Shown one piece after another: positions 16,573 through 26,409 of a stretch of DNA of 43,190 bases (position 1 is the stretch's first letter; every line of letters begins with the position of its first letter). Under the pieces are notes generated by a model that worked only from the letters and a program-made list of their open reading frames with translations, did not search any database and was not told the DNA's origin. This stretch comes from a virus. Lineage: Duplodnaviria; Caudoviricetes. The translations under genes were made by a program, and so were the position numbers. The stretch covers positions 1-43,190 of the IMG/VR virus record IMGVR_UViG_3300020045_003196, one strand, 5' to 3'.

Positions 16573-17750
16573 TAGATCACCTCGGTAACGTCGATGTCAT
16601 CGGGGTCGATGGTGAACTTGTGGCCTGGGTCTGGGGTTAGCCAGCCGTCAGTGAAAGTTGTGTCGTCGTCGCTGATTTCGATATCGGTCAGAATGAAGCT
16701 GTCGCCAGCGGTGTAGACGTAGCAATAAAGCTGACCAGCCTGAAGGGCCGATCCGATATAGAACTTGTACGCGGCGATCTTCTGCTTGATCAGCGCAATG
16801 TCAACCGGTATCAGCGGGTCTTTCCGGGTTGCGGTCATTTTGATGTATAGCGGCGTGTAAACCGGCCGATCAAAGCGGCGAACCTGGTTTACCACAAAAG
16901 TGCTGCCGTCCGGCCTTGTCAGCGTCTCAGGAATCATGGCCATGATCGCCCCCTTGATGCCTGTGCCGCCTGTCTTTTGGTAAAGCAGCGCAGTCATAAT
17001 GTCATCAATGGTTCCGCCCTCGACTACCGGCCATATGCTGTGCGCGGCTAGCGCATTGATCGGATCGTAAACGTCAGAATCATTGTCGTAGACATAGGCG
17101 TCGGTCACACCAGCAGTGCTGAGCAAGCGAGCGGTTAGGCTGTTAGTCGTAGAGAAGGCCGGGTTTTCAAGGCTGCGGTTGCGGCGCTGGACAAACTCTT
17201 CGTCTGTCTCTTCATTGACGCCGACAACGGCATTGCCTGCTGCACTAAAACCGGTGATGCCAAGGACAATGGTCACAGGGGTGAATACGGCTCCAGCAAT
17301 CCCGGTGACGGCGCCGAAGTCGGTAGCATTGAAGGTGATTGCACTCGATCCAATAGGCACGCTTACCGGGCCTGGAAGCTCCCAAAGTTGGCCAAGGTCA
17401 TCGGAGATCTGGTATCCGGTTGGCAGGTTTACCGCGCGAGTGCTGACAACGATCAAATCCCATACGGATCGAGTGGCTGGGCGCGGGAAGATACCAGCAA
17501 GTTTGGCGATCTTGGCTTGGAATATGCCTCGCGCAAAATCAGGATCGAAGCCGTTAGCGATCATCAGGCCGAATGCCTGCATATCTGCGCGCGCTTTTGC
17601 CTCAATCGCTACTCGCTGGCCGTCCGGCGTGTTCTGCGAAAGGTCGACATCGACGCCGTAAATGGCCTGATAGCCTGCGACCAACTCAGCAAAGATCTCG
17701 TCGAAGGTCTGAATCGTAATCCCGCTGGCGTCAATCGTTGGGCCTGGCAT
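16572..17750 (-). CDS. Baseplate J-like protein
   Basis: TPDGQ, GVNEETDEEF..RR, V.DAYVYDN motifs; gene order. Confidence 0.9.
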   Translation of the reverse strand: MPGPTIDASGITIQTFDEIFAELVAGYQAIYGVDVDLSQNTPDGQRVAIEAKARADMQAFGLMIANGFDPDFARGIFQAKIAKLAGIFPRPATRSVWDLIVVSTRAVNLPTGYQISDDLGQLWELPGPVSVPIGSSAITFNATDFGAVTGIAGAVFTPVTIVLGITGFSAAGNAVVGVNEETDEEFVQRRNRSLENPAFSTTNSLTARLLSTAGVTDAYVYDNDSDVYDPINALAAHSIWPVVEGGTIDDIMTALLYQKTGGTGIKGAIMAMIPETLTRPDGSTFVVNQVRRFDRPVYTPLYIKMTATRKDPLIPVDIALIKQKIAAYKFYIGSALQAGQLYCYVYTAGDSFILTDIEISDDDTTFTDGWLTPDPGHKFTIDPDDIDVTEVI

Positions 17751-18103
17751 CAGATAGTGATCTCTTCGGTGAATTCTTCGTCAAAAATTGTGCCAAACGA
17801 AAGCAGTATAGTGGCCGCGCGCGTGCTTGTCTTGGCCTCGATGGAGAGTTGCGTAATCGTGGTGACGCCATCAGTAGAAAGCGTTGTTGCTTCGACCGCC
17901 CTAAGGATCTCGTCGCGAGTCTCGCGCCGACCTAACAGGTCAATCCAGTCGATATTTGCATCGACATCAAGAAAGAAGTCGGTCTTGAAGGATTTTAGCC
18001 GGGTGACGACGTTTTGCCGGACAGCTCCAGCCTTGGTGATGTAGGAGGCAAGACCCCTACCAAATCTCCAGTCGTTGTTGTCATCAAGGCCTGATACGCG
18101 CAT
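17750..18103 (-). CDS. Baseplate wedge/sheath initiator (gp25/W-like)
   Basis: LDDNNDWRFGRG...VRQNVVTRLKSF..DFFLD. Confidence 0.8.
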   Translation of the reverse strand: MRVSGLDDNNDWRFGRGLASYITKAGAVRQNVVTRLKSFKTDFFLDVDANIDWIDLLGRRETRDEILRAVEATTLSTDGVTTITQLSIEAKTSTRAATILLSFGTIFDEEFTEEITI

Positions 18104-18143
18104 GTCTGATGCCTGCAAAGGTTATGCCAGGCATTCTAACCCA

Positions 18144-18749
18144 TCATGCGACGTTTGTGATAATCCCAGAAACGACGGTTACTGTACGGCCATCGCCTGT
18201 GGCGAATGCGCCAGACCATCCTGGGGTTCCGCCTACCGAGTAAGTGGTTGATTCCGTGTTTCCGATCACGATTAGATTTCCTGTCAGCGTATAGCTACCC
18301 ACGTGCACCCAGGCACCAGTGACAGTGGAGTCACCATTGCGCTCAATGGTAGTCGGGATGGCCTTCGCAACTGCCGAGGGATTGACGCCGACCAGCGCGA
18401 AGCAGTCACTATAATCGTGCATGCGCAGCTCTAACGGCGGCATGAAATCCTCGCCGTTGTACCAGCGGTCAAAGCAACGCTCGCTTACCAGCAGCAGGCA
18501 GTAATCATTGACCGCTATAGGGTGCGCGTCATAGCTCTCGCCGCCCTGGAGGAACACGGGGGGAACCGAGGGGAATACCGGCAGCGTGACATTCTGCCCG
18601 TCGACTACACGCTGAATAACAGGTCGCACGTCAATAGTGGTGGCACCGACTGCGGTGATCTTGCCGACAACAATGGTATGCGTGTTCGCTAGCGCCGTCT
18701 TAGTGGCGGTGTCGAGCACGTCGGTCAACTCTTCTTTTTTGCTGGTCAC
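18144..18749 (-). CDS. Baseplate central spike (Gp138-like N-terminus)
   Basis: VPPVFLQGG, DYCLLLVSERCFDRW, RMHDYSD. Confidence 0.85.
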   Translation of the reverse strand: MTSKKEELTDVLDTATKTALANTHTIVVGKITAVGATTIDVRPVIQRVVDGQNVTLPVFPSVPPVFLQGGESYDAHPIAVNDYCLLLVSERCFDRWYNGEDFMPPLELRMHDYSDCFALVGVNPSAVAKAIPTTIERNGDSTVTGAWVHVGSYTLTGNLIVIGNTESTTYSVGGTPGWSGAFATGDGRTVTVVSGIITNVA

Positions 18750-19597
18750 TTTGGCACCACGTAGCTATCAGAAATAACGCCCGTAATTTTCTGGGTCCAA
18801 TCACTGCCATCGAAGTCGCCAGTGTAGGTGATGACGCTTGATTTATAGATACCGTTGAGGTGCGGCGCAGTGACGGAAATAAGCTGAAAGAGGCCGCCAA
18901 CCTTCACTGATGGGTTTAGCCAGGTGGTCAGCGTAACTTCCTTTTTGTCTGATTCTGGTGTGCCTGTTAGCCCCGTGTCGGCGCTGATCACGGGGATATA
19001 GCCGGAGACAACCTCATTGCCGCCGAGGATGTTCAGGCGTTCGTCGTCGATAAACCAGCGCTGATCGATATCAAGCATTTCCTGAATGACAGCGACAGAG
19101 TTGCCGACCAGCACCTTAGGCCTGATCAGCTCGCCCATTGCGCCGATCTTGCCCTTTGAAGTGTTAGGCATGGTCCCAAGCACGGCATCAACTACGGCAG
19201 CCTTACTGGTGACGGATTCGCTGATAAAGCCGCGCATGAAATCGTGGCCGCCATCCATTACTGATAGCGTGGTCTCCCATTCCGCGCCCGCCTTTACGCT
19301 GCCCGCCTCGTCTACTGAGCCCTTGAAAATTGTCTCAAGCCTGCCCTGATAGCCTATCTGCAATTGCAGCGGGAAATAGCTGTTATTGCCGGTGTCGGCG
19401 CCTTTTTCATCGCTGTCGCGGATCAGCACTTTGCGCTTGTCCGGGTTCAGGTTGTAGACCTTGATCGTGCCTTTGTTCAGTTCGGCCTTGTCAGATTTGT
19501 CGATGCTAAAAGCCACCCGAAAGGGTGGCAGGATGATGACGGATCGCGATCCCAGGCCAATGGTTAAGCGGTAGTCGCGGTTGAAACGGTCAGCCAC
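18746..19597 (-). CDS. Baseplate hub protein
   Basis: IKVYNLN, LQIGY..IFKG, DTGLTGTP, LNPSVKVG. Confidence 0.85.
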   Translation of the reverse strand: MADRFNRDYRLTIGLGSRSVIILPPFRVAFSIDKSDKAELNKGTIKVYNLNPDKRKVLIRDSDEKGADTGNNSYFPLQLQIGYQGRLETIFKGSVDEAGSVKAGAEWETTLSVMDGGHDFMRGFISESVTSKAAVVDAVLGTMPNTSKGKIGAMGELIRPKVLVGNSVAVIQEMLDIDQRWFIDDERLNILGGNEVVSGYIPVISADTGLTGTPESDKKEVTLTTWLNPSVKVGGLFQLISVTAPHLNGIYKSSVITYTGDFDGSDWTQKITGVISDSYVVPK

Positions 19598-19778
19598 TTG
19601 AAAGGCTCCATATTTGGATGATGCAGCCGACAGGGATCGCGGTCAGCGAGGCGAGACCAGCCAGGGCGACCCATGCCTTCAGCGTCTTGTTGTCTTCAGT
19701 CTTTCGCAGGCCGACGGTGACGATCATGCAGGCTACCAGCACGATCATCGCATATAGAGCTATCTTGGCGCCGATCAT
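19590..19778 (-). CDS. Small 2-TM membrane protein (moron cassette)
   Basis: Two hydrophobic helices; ATGA-coupled. Confidence 0.7.
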   Translation of the reverse strand: MIGAKIALYAMIVLVACMIVTVGLRKTEDNKTLKAWVALAGLASLTAIPVGCIIQIWSLSSG

Positions 19779-20326
19779 TTGGACGCCTTCCTGTAGCCGT
19801 TTCGGTAAAGGGTTTCACAAAAACTCTTTCGGCTTGTAAGCCCCATCGCTGAGCGCTCATCGGGAGGGTCTAGCGCCAGCATTTCTTCGACAGCGATTTG
19901 CTCGGCGGTTTTAGCTGGGAAAATCATTTCGGCGCGGAACACTTCGCAACCGAGCACTACGCCGCCATCGACAGCAACCATATTAATACCGTTTGTGGTG
20001 GTGAAAACTGCCATCACAACCAGCCAGCGATTCAGGAAGTCCAGCGACTCATTACGGATAGCGAAGCCCATTGGTTTTACCTGAACAACCGCTCCAACTG
20101 GCGGCAGGCCTTCGCCAGTCCAGGCACCCGGGCGCCCAGCAATCAGCGTCCAGCCATGATTAGGCTTTGTCATGTCTGCCATACCTTCGAAACCGATTAC
20201 CTTAGGAACGAACGCCTGTCTAAAGCTGTATGTGCCGAATTTCTGCGCCCAATACAGATTATTTTCATCGTCTGAAATCACAGTCTCCGCCCACTTTGGA
20301 GCCTTACTCCAGTCAACGCCGCTCAT
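19775..20326 (-). CDS. Hypothetical protein (moron cassette)
   Basis: DWSKAP.WA N-terminus, WTGEGLPPVG, LYRNGYRK; resembles phage early accessory proteins. Confidence 0.75.
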   Translation of the reverse strand: MSGVDWSKAPKWAETVISDDENNLYWAQKFGTYSFRQAFVPKVIGFEGMADMTKPNHGWTLIAGRPGAWTGEGLPPVGAVVQVKPMGFAIRNESLDFLNRWLVVMAVFTTTNGINMVAVDGGVVLGCEVFRAEMIFPAKTAEQIAVEEMLALDPPDERSAMGLTSRKSFCETLYRNGYRKASK

Positions 20327-20745
20327 TTCGCAACACTCGACGCAGCAGCATCAACCAGGGCGCGAAAGCCAAGCGGATTGCGCACGCCCTTCATGACCGC
20401 ACTGTTACCACCAGAGCCTGCAATAATAACGGTTCCATAGCCAAACATGCGGCCTAGCAGACCTTGTTGAACGCTGACCGACTCGACTTTTTCAAGCTTG
20501 ATCTCGGTCGTGTCGCGCATGATCAGGCCTGATTTGCGTACCACGCGCTTGCTGGTCACGCCCATTTCAGTAGTGGCAATCAGGATGAAGGCATAGAGGA
20601 GCAACATGGCAGTGAGCGGCAGCAGGATCAGCGTTACGCCAAACAGCAGGGCTGCGAAATACAGATGGAACATGCTCCATTTGGACAGGCTGCCGGTGCC
20701 AATAACCGTCTCGTCAGCGCCAAGGGTGTCGGTGATGTAGCTCAT
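20323..20745 (-). CDS. Membrane protein with bacterial PH-like domain (YdbS/bPH_2-like)
   Basis: Two TMs then VTSKRVVRKSGLI...EIKLEKVESV.V.QGLLGRMFGYGTVII. Confidence 0.8.
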   Translation of the reverse strand: MSYITDTLGADETVIGTGSLSKWSMFHLYFAALLFGVTLILLPLTAMLLLYAFILIATTEMGVTSKRVVRKSGLIMRDTTEIKLEKVESVSVQQGLLGRMFGYGTVIIAGSGGNSAVMKGVRNPLGFRALVDAAASSVAK

Positions 20746-20781
20746 GAGAATCTTCCTGTAAGCGCGTCATTGCGCAGACAT

Positions 20782-20811
20782 AGAATCGGCTGACATAATC
20801 ACTATGTCAAC
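20782..20811 (-). promoter_or_regulatory. Early-type promoter with extended palindromic operator inside the tail operon
   Basis: TTGACA (20810-20805)-TAGTGATTATGTCAGCC-GATTCT; TGACATA-N5-TATGTCA inverted repeat. Confidence 0.8.
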
Positions 20812-20818
20812 ATAATTA

Positions 20819-21160
20819 TTATACCGGCACTTCCAGTCCGCGCAGATCCTGCATCTCTGCCGCATCCACAAAATACATTTCGCAGCGACCTTCACTGAAG
20901 TCGCCCAGACGGAATGGCGCTAAACCGCTGCTATCGGTAGTCGATACGAAAAAATCAAAAGGCCAGTTCAGCGAGCGGATATGCAAGCACCCCAGGCTTA
21001 GCATGAAGCCGTTGAATTGCTCGCCGCGCCAGCTGATATCCATCGACCAGAATTCAGAGGTTTCCCAGAAATAAAGGTTGACCGTGATCTCTTCGTCACC
21101 CACCAGCAGAACATGCCGCTGCCTGGGCTCATCGGTGATATTCGTTACTTGGTAAGCCAT
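20819..21160 (-). CDS. Baseplate-associated protein
   Basis: 113-aa ORF in the conserved position between tube initiator and hub. Confidence 0.7.
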   Translation of the reverse strand: MAYQVTNITDEPRQRHVLLVGDEEITVNLYFWETSEFWSMDISWRGEQFNGFMLSLGCLHIRSLNWPFDFFVSTTDSSGLAPFRLGDFSEGRCEMYFVDAAEMQDLRGLEVPV

Positions 21161-21162
21161 GC

Positions 21163-21927
21163 CTATCTCCCCAGTACTGCCGACAGCAATGACTTCTCTT
21201 TCTTCTCGCCGGAGGTCGGCGACTGTACGCCCTTGTCAGCGGTGCCGCCGACCTGTGACTTAACCGATGGCGCCGGTTTCTTATAGAATTGCGACACGTT
21301 GGAGTAGATCGTTTTGTTGATCCTGAACTTCTGAGCGGTCAATGTGAAGCTCAGCGCCTTGCGCTGGTTGTCGCGCACGATGGTTAGGCTGTTTACGGCC
21401 ATGCTGTCGTGCTTGCGGAACGGCATAGAGATAGAAATCAACTGCTTCCCGTAGTGCACGGTTTCAATGAAGTCGATGAACTGTTCGCGAATCGACTTCC
21501 CCGCCGACTTGTTGCCAGCGAAGTCGCCTGAGTTCTGCCCAAGTAGGATTCGCTCATTGATTTCTCGACGCTTGTCGTCGGCATTGTCGATGATCTTGGC
21601 CACCTCCTGCGTCTGCGATGGCGTGCGCCCAGGCAAATAGCCGGTCATCTTGCCTACCGTCGGCAAACGACTCTCAGCCTGGCTCTTTGGCGCCTCAGCG
21701 ATGAATATGTCGGCCACATCGCCAGAAATATTGATGACGATTGGCGAGTTGATCAGCATGTCACCGGCATAATTGCCGTCTTCAACAACCGATGTCGGCG
21801 ATGCCGTGGTGTATGCAGTCGAATCGCTGACCCTGGCGAACAGGGTAAAGCCACCAATACCGACCTCCTCAAGCGAGGATGAGTCTAGCGCCTGAGACTC
21901 GCCGGCTTTGAGCGATTGGATTGTCAT
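21163..21927 (-). CDS. Tail tube initiator/Dit-like baseplate protein
   Basis: PTSVVEDG..D...P..I.ISG motif; follows the tape measure gene. Confidence 0.75.
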   Translation of the reverse strand: MTIQSLKAGESQALDSSSLEEVGIGGFTLFARVSDSTAYTTASPTSVVEDGNYAGDMLINSPIVINISGDVADIFIAEAPKSQAESRLPTVGKMTGYLPGRTPSQTQEVAKIIDNADDKRREINERILLGQNSGDFAGNKSAGKSIREQFIDFIETVHYGKQLISISMPFRKHDSMAVNSLTIVRDNQRKALSFTLTAQKFRINKTIYSNVSQFYKKPAPSVKSQVGGTADKGVQSPTSGEKKEKSLLSAVLGR

Positions 21928-23390
21928 AGGCCGCCTCGACTGGTCTGAGTCTTCGCAGTTTTCAGCTGATCTTGCAGCGCGTTATTAACGGCGGCGCCAG
22001 CCGCCTGCGGATCGTTGCTGTAGACGTTGATTTGGTTCTGCTGATCGACGCTGCTGTTGCTCACGTTGCTGTTGCTGCCGCCGCCAATGCTCATGGCTGC
22101 ATCTGGAGACATGCCGCCCACCTGCACATCAGGAACATCGCCGCTAAACATGTCACGAACCCAGTCAGGCACCAGGCTAATAAGCCCCTGCATCCATGAG
22201 CTGAAGGCCTGACCAATCGAGTCAAGCGCGCCAGTGAAATCGCCCTGGAAGATCTGGATAATCGCGTCAAACATATGCCCCCAGCTATCAAAGAACGGCT
22301 GAAGGATCGCCAATGCATCCGAAATCATCTGCTTAATAGCATCAACGATGTCGTGCATGATCGGCACAATGTCAATGCCGAGGAATTCTTTGAAGAAGTC
22401 GGCAATGACAGACTGTCCGCCGTTGAAGGCTGCGATCAGATCGTCAACCACAAGTAACACAGCGATGATCGCGGCAGTGATCAGGACGACTGGCGACATC
22501 GCGAAGGCAAGCACCTTGGCAAATCCTCCAGTGGCTAACTGGGCGATACCGAAGGCCACGCCTAAAGCGAGCACCAGCGGCGCCATACGCTCCACAAAAC
22601 CCATAGTCGAGATAAGCACCTCACCCAGGTAGGTCAGGCCGTTCTTGATCAGGTCGTGGTTTGCATCCAGGAAGCCAATAAAGCGCTCGGTCAGACCGGT
22701 CATAGATGGCGCCAGGCCGATTGCGATCTGCTGGCGCAGAGAGCTGATAGCGAACTTGGCCACGCCTAGCGAGTCCTGAAATTCTGCGGCCGCCTCGGCT
22801 TGCTCGGTCGTGACAATGCCTAAGCGTCTGGCTTTCTCGCGCAAGGCGTCAACCTCATCGCCAGTAGCGTTGAGCAACTGTAATGTCGAAGAGTCCAGGC
22901 CGAGCGAGGCTATGATTGATTTTTGGCGGGAGCGGTCGATGTTCAGGCGCTGGAAGGTGTCGCCAAGCTCGCCAAACAAAACATCCGCTGTCTTTACGTT
23001 ACCTTGCGAATCCTTGACGCTGATCCCCAATTCATCGAAAGCCTTTTTCCCGCGACCAAGACCGCGAGCAGCATCGCCAGATACCTTGGCCAGGCCGGCA
23101 AGACTCGCGGTCATTGCGTCGGCGCTGGAGCCGGAAAGCTCAGCCGCAAAGCCAAGCTCCTGGACAGCCTCTACCGATATTCCCGTCTCTGCGTTGAAGT
23201 CAACCAGCGCATCAGCAGCCTCGGTAGCGCTTGCCACAAAGGCATAAACGCCGCCAGCTGAAGCGATGATGCCGGTAGCCAAAGCGCCGAGCAGGGTGAT
23301 GGACTGAGCTAGCCCAACGTTGAAGTCTTTCTGCGGCGTTAGAGAACCAATGAAGCTGAACTTTGATACCAGCTCATTTACCACGGCCAT
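21924..23390 (-). CDS. Tape measure protein (short, 488 aa)
   Basis: Ala-rich helical protein with TM segments; downstream of the chaperones. Confidence 0.9.
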   Translation of the reverse strand: MAVVNELVSKFSFIGSLTPQKDFNVGLAQSITLLGALATGIIASAGGVYAFVASATEAADALVDFNAETGISVEAVQELGFAAELSGSSADAMTASLAGLAKVSGDAARGLGRGKKAFDELGISVKDSQGNVKTADVLFGELGDTFQRLNIDRSRQKSIIASLGLDSSTLQLLNATGDEVDALREKARRLGIVTTEQAEAAAEFQDSLGVAKFAISSLRQQIAIGLAPSMTGLTERFIGFLDANHDLIKNGLTYLGEVLISTMGFVERMAPLVLALGVAFGIAQLATGGFAKVLAFAMSPVVLITAAIIAVLLVVDDLIAAFNGGQSVIADFFKEFLGIDIVPIMHDIVDAIKQMISDALAILQPFFDSWGHMFDAIIQIFQGDFTGALDSIGQAFSSWMQGLISLVPDWVRDMFSGDVPDVQVGGMSPDAAMSIGGGSNSNVSNSSVDQQNQINVYSNDPQAAGAAVNNALQDQLKTAKTQTSRGGL

Positions 23391-23532
23391 TGCTCGCCTC
23401 CTTCATTTTGTGCGCCTGGATGTCGGCGGCGATCTCTTCGTATTCAATGGCGTCGAAAAACTGATCGGTGTCCCATTCCTCAATCTCTCTGACCGTGCCG
23501 TAGCCTGCCTTGCAGAGCGCCAGCACAGCCAT
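23374..23532 (-). CDS. Tail assembly chaperone C-terminal (gpT-like) frame
   Basis: MAVLALCKAGYGTVREIEEWDTDQFFDAIEYE...; frame is open upstream to the slippery site at 23616-23625. Confidence 0.75.
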   Translation of the reverse strand: MAVLALCKAGYGTVREIEEWDTDQFFDAIEYEEIAADIQAHKMKEASNGRGK

Positions 23533-23543
23533 ACGCTCGCCGC

Positions 23544-23960
23544 TTACATTGGTTTCGAGGATGAAGTTTGGCCCTGGGTCTCGCTGTCTGATGGAGAGGC
23601 GATATGGGCGGCGCGCAAAAAAGGGTAGGAGATCACCGATAGAGCAACGGTCGTCAACTGGATGTAATCCTCTGGCACTTCGTCCCAGTGATCGCGCAGC
23701 TTGGTCAGCAGGTGACCATCAAAAGTGATGGCTTTGTGCATGACCTCCTCAACGGCGGCGAATTGCGGAGTATCCAAGAAAGAAAAGTCTTCAACGCGGA
23801 GCTGCCGCTGGATCGACGTATAGAAGGCGAACACCTTACGGCGTTCGACGTGCTGCATCTTCTGGAAACGGTATTTTCGGCCGTTGATTTCTGCCTCGCT
23901 GTCTTCGTAAACAGCGCGGACCTGAGCCAACGCTGCTGCTGCTTTTTCTTTATCGTTCAT
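23544..23960 (-). CDS. Tail assembly chaperone (gpG-like)
   Basis: Lies between tube and tape measure; contains the CCCTTTTTTG slippery run. Confidence 0.8.
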   Translation of the reverse strand: MNDKEKAAAALAQVRAVYEDSEAEINGRKYRFQKMQHVERRKVFAFYTSIQRQLRVEDFSFLDTPQFAAVEEVMHKAITFDGHLLTKLRDHWDEVPEDYIQLTTVALSVISYPFLRAAHIASPSDSETQGQTSSSKPM

Positions 23961-23963
23961 GCG

Positions 23964-24395
23964 TTACAAGCTCCGGCGAGCAGTGCGGAAACGCAAAGTG
24001 TATTCCATCATCGCATTGCCGTCTTGGTTGTTCTTGGTCTGGGTCGGCTGAGTGGTGACACTGCCGCTGTCCAAGTTCCAGCTCTCAACGCCCGCTTGAC
24101 CGTCGGCGGTGTACGACTCTTTCAGAGAGCCGCCAACAACCTGCGGTGTTTCCGCGTTGATCAGGCCGAGCAGGAAAATGTCGTCGGCGCTGTATTTCTG
24201 AACACTGAAGGCCAGGTCGTAAACGTCTTTGTCTACGCGCTCAGAAATGGTCACGCCGCCGCCAGCCGAGTTGACTTGAGAGGTCGCGGCGTTAGCCGGA
24301 GTTAGCGTCAGATAGTCGCCCTCGGCAAAAGTGGTGATAGCCTGATCATTCAAAATCAGCGTGGCGCTATCGGCAGCAATAGTGATTACGCTCAT
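23964..24395 (-). CDS. Tail tube protein
   Basis: 143 aa, directly after the sheath gene. Confidence 0.85.
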   Translation of the reverse strand: MSVITIAADSATLILNDQAITTFAEGDYLTLTPANAATSQVNSAGGGVTISERVDKDVYDLAFSVQKYSADDIFLLGLINAETPQVVGGSLKESYTADGQAGVESWNLDSGSVTTQPTQTKNNQDGNAMMEYTLRFRTARRSL

Positions 24396-24407
24396 GTGTC
24401 GCGCCCC

Positions 24408-25910
24408 TTACAGATTGAAATTGATGATGATGTCGACGCTATGAATCGCGCCAGCATTCTTGACGGCGGCCTGCAAGACCGGCGACTTACGCTGCTGGCG
24501 GTCAACCTGCGGCTGATCTTTCAACAGGCCAGCCAGCCAGTAGAAGCCGAACTGCTCAATATTGCGGTTGAATGTGTTGATGTTGCCGAAGCTGTCCGGG
24601 CTCGACCAGGTTCCAGGCGCGAACACACCAGCACGAACGAAGCCGCGAGTGGTTTTCTCGCCCTGGGCGACCAGCTTGTTAACGCCTGGGGTGGTCTGCG
24701 CGATCTTGGTGCCGGTCGCCTTCAGGATATTGAACATGTCGGTCTGAACCGCATCAATGAACGCGATGATGTTGTAGACGTTATCGACAAAATCGTTTGC
24801 AGGGCTGGTCAGCACTACCGGGGTATCTTTGATGGTGGTGTAGATATCCAAGCCGACACGCTTGGCCGCATCGATTTCGGTTTGATCGTAGGACTCGGCC
24901 GGAACGCTCAAGGTTTTGAGGTTCATGGTGATAGCCGAGTTCTCGGCGTTGAAGTTCACCGTATGGGTTCGCGCCATGTAGGTCGCGGCCAGCAGGCGGT
25001 TACCCGACTTGCTGTACAGGCAGCGGAAGCTTGTCTGGCTTGCCAGCTTCACCGCCCATACTGGGTTGGCAACCGCTAAGGCCAGGTAGGCACTGCCGGT
25101 GAACACGTTGTAAATAATGGTTTGGTTCGCCTTCGACCAGGCGGCAATGGTAGGAACCTCGCCATCGGTTACCAGGTCGGTGAAGCAAGCGCCCTTGAAG
25201 TTGACGAGAGCCTTCAGGGCAGACAGCGAGGCAACCTTGGTTTCGATTGGCAGCACAACGGTAGCAGCGCCCTGCTTAAGCGTCGCGCCAGTGCCGGCAG
25301 ACATGGTGAGGATGTCACCGATAAAGGTTCCGGAAGCGCCAACGGTCATTGCTGTCAGCGTGCTTGTTGCGCCACTGGTTGAGCTGGTGACGGTCAGATA
25401 GCCGTTACTGTGGCTCACGACAGCGCCAGTGATTGCAGTGTCAAGCTTGGCCGCTACTTCATCCAGCGTGGTAACTGCGCTGAAATCCAGAGCAGTAGCT
25501 ACAACCGGGGTGCCATCAACGCTGATATTGAAGCTGCCAGCGGTGATGCTCTGCAATTGTTCGATTACGGTCGCCTCTACAAGCTGCGTGCTGCGCAGAG
25601 TGGCAGCTTGAGCGGGGACGGTTTCAGTAGTCGCGCGATGCAGGCCGACAATCAGCGAGCCGCCGAAGTTGATCGCGTTCGGCTGAGTGCCAAAGACAGC
25701 GTTGGCATACTGAGTGACGATAGAGGCAGTGCCCCAGTCCGCCTCAACAGATGCAGCATCACGATACGTGCGGAAGCGCTCAGCGCTGGTGATGACGCCC
25801 TTCTCGCTGGTCAATACCGCGATCAGATTCATGTTGTCGCGACCCGCCAACTGGCTTTCGGGAATCAGCGCGACGTTGATCACGTTGGTGATGCTTGCGT
25901 TATTGCTCAT
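24408..25910 (-). CDS. Tail sheath protein (DUF3383-like)
   Basis: 500 aa; ITMNLKTL, KIAQT..G, AGAIHSVDI C-terminus. Confidence 0.9.
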   Translation of the reverse strand: MSNNASITNVINVALIPESQLAGRDNMNLIAVLTSEKGVITSAERFRTYRDAASVEADWGTASIVTQYANAVFGTQPNAINFGGSLIVGLHRATTETVPAQAATLRSTQLVEATVIEQLQSITAGSFNISVDGTPVVATALDFSAVTTLDEVAAKLDTAITGAVVSHSNGYLTVTSSTSGATSTLTAMTVGASGTFIGDILTMSAGTGATLKQGAATVVLPIETKVASLSALKALVNFKGACFTDLVTDGEVPTIAAWSKANQTIIYNVFTGSAYLALAVANPVWAVKLASQTSFRCLYSKSGNRLLAATYMARTHTVNFNAENSAITMNLKTLSVPAESYDQTEIDAAKRVGLDIYTTIKDTPVVLTSPANDFVDNVYNIIAFIDAVQTDMFNILKATGTKIAQTTPGVNKLVAQGEKTTRGFVRAGVFAPGTWSSPDSFGNINTFNRNIEQFGFYWLAGLLKDQPQVDRQQRKSPVLQAAVKNAGAIHSVDIIINFNL

Positions 25911-26409
25911 AGATCAAACCTCTTTCGCCGATTATGCGGAGCTGGGCGGTGTCGATGCGCAGTATATCAACAACCACGGATGGGCAGTAGTGTACCTGGC
26001 ATTCCAGTTGCATGCGTTCGCCGTACTGCTGACCGGTCAAGGCCTTAACGTCAGTCATGGAGCTTGGATGCCAGAGTGTTATCGCAAGGCTCTGCTGAAG
26101 CTCAAGTGATGCTTCAGAGCGGCAAAGCAATCGGAAGCGCTGAGCGGTAACCGGCGCGTCAGGCCCGTAAAAATCGAAGGTGACAAAGCGCGAAACCCGC
26201 TCAGAATAAACCATCTGCTCGGTGTCGCCGTCGTACTGCTGATCGCTGGAAAATGGCCGGTCACCCGCCACGGAGTCGACCACAATAAACGGTTGCTCAA
26301 AGTGCTGGCGGTCGAAGTTCTGCCGCCCAGCTTTGATGAATTCTTCGGGGTGCGACAGGAGATCGCGAACGAAGCGCATCAGCGCGATGTACAGAGGGTC
26401 TCTGGTCAT
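25900..26409 (-). CDS. Tail completion/terminator protein
   Basis: Position before the sheath; FDFYGP motif. Confidence 0.7.
   Translation of the reverse strand: MTRDPLYIALMRFVRDLLSHPEEFIKAGRQNFDRQHFEQPFIVVDSVAGDRPFSSDQQYDGDTEQMVYSERVSRFVTFDFYGPDAPVTAQRFRLLCRSEASLELQQSLAITLWHPSSMTDVKALTGQQYGERMQLECQVHYCPSVVVDILRIDTAQLRIIGERGLIYEQ

Noticed and set aside
18113-18163. Possible internal promoter (ATCACA-N17-TAGAAT, -) and hairpin before the baseplate wedge gene
   Set aside because: The -35 is weak, so it is too uncertain to call
26354-26361. Additional GACAGGAG
   Set aside because: Antisense within a tail gene with no credible start downstream; chance occurrence
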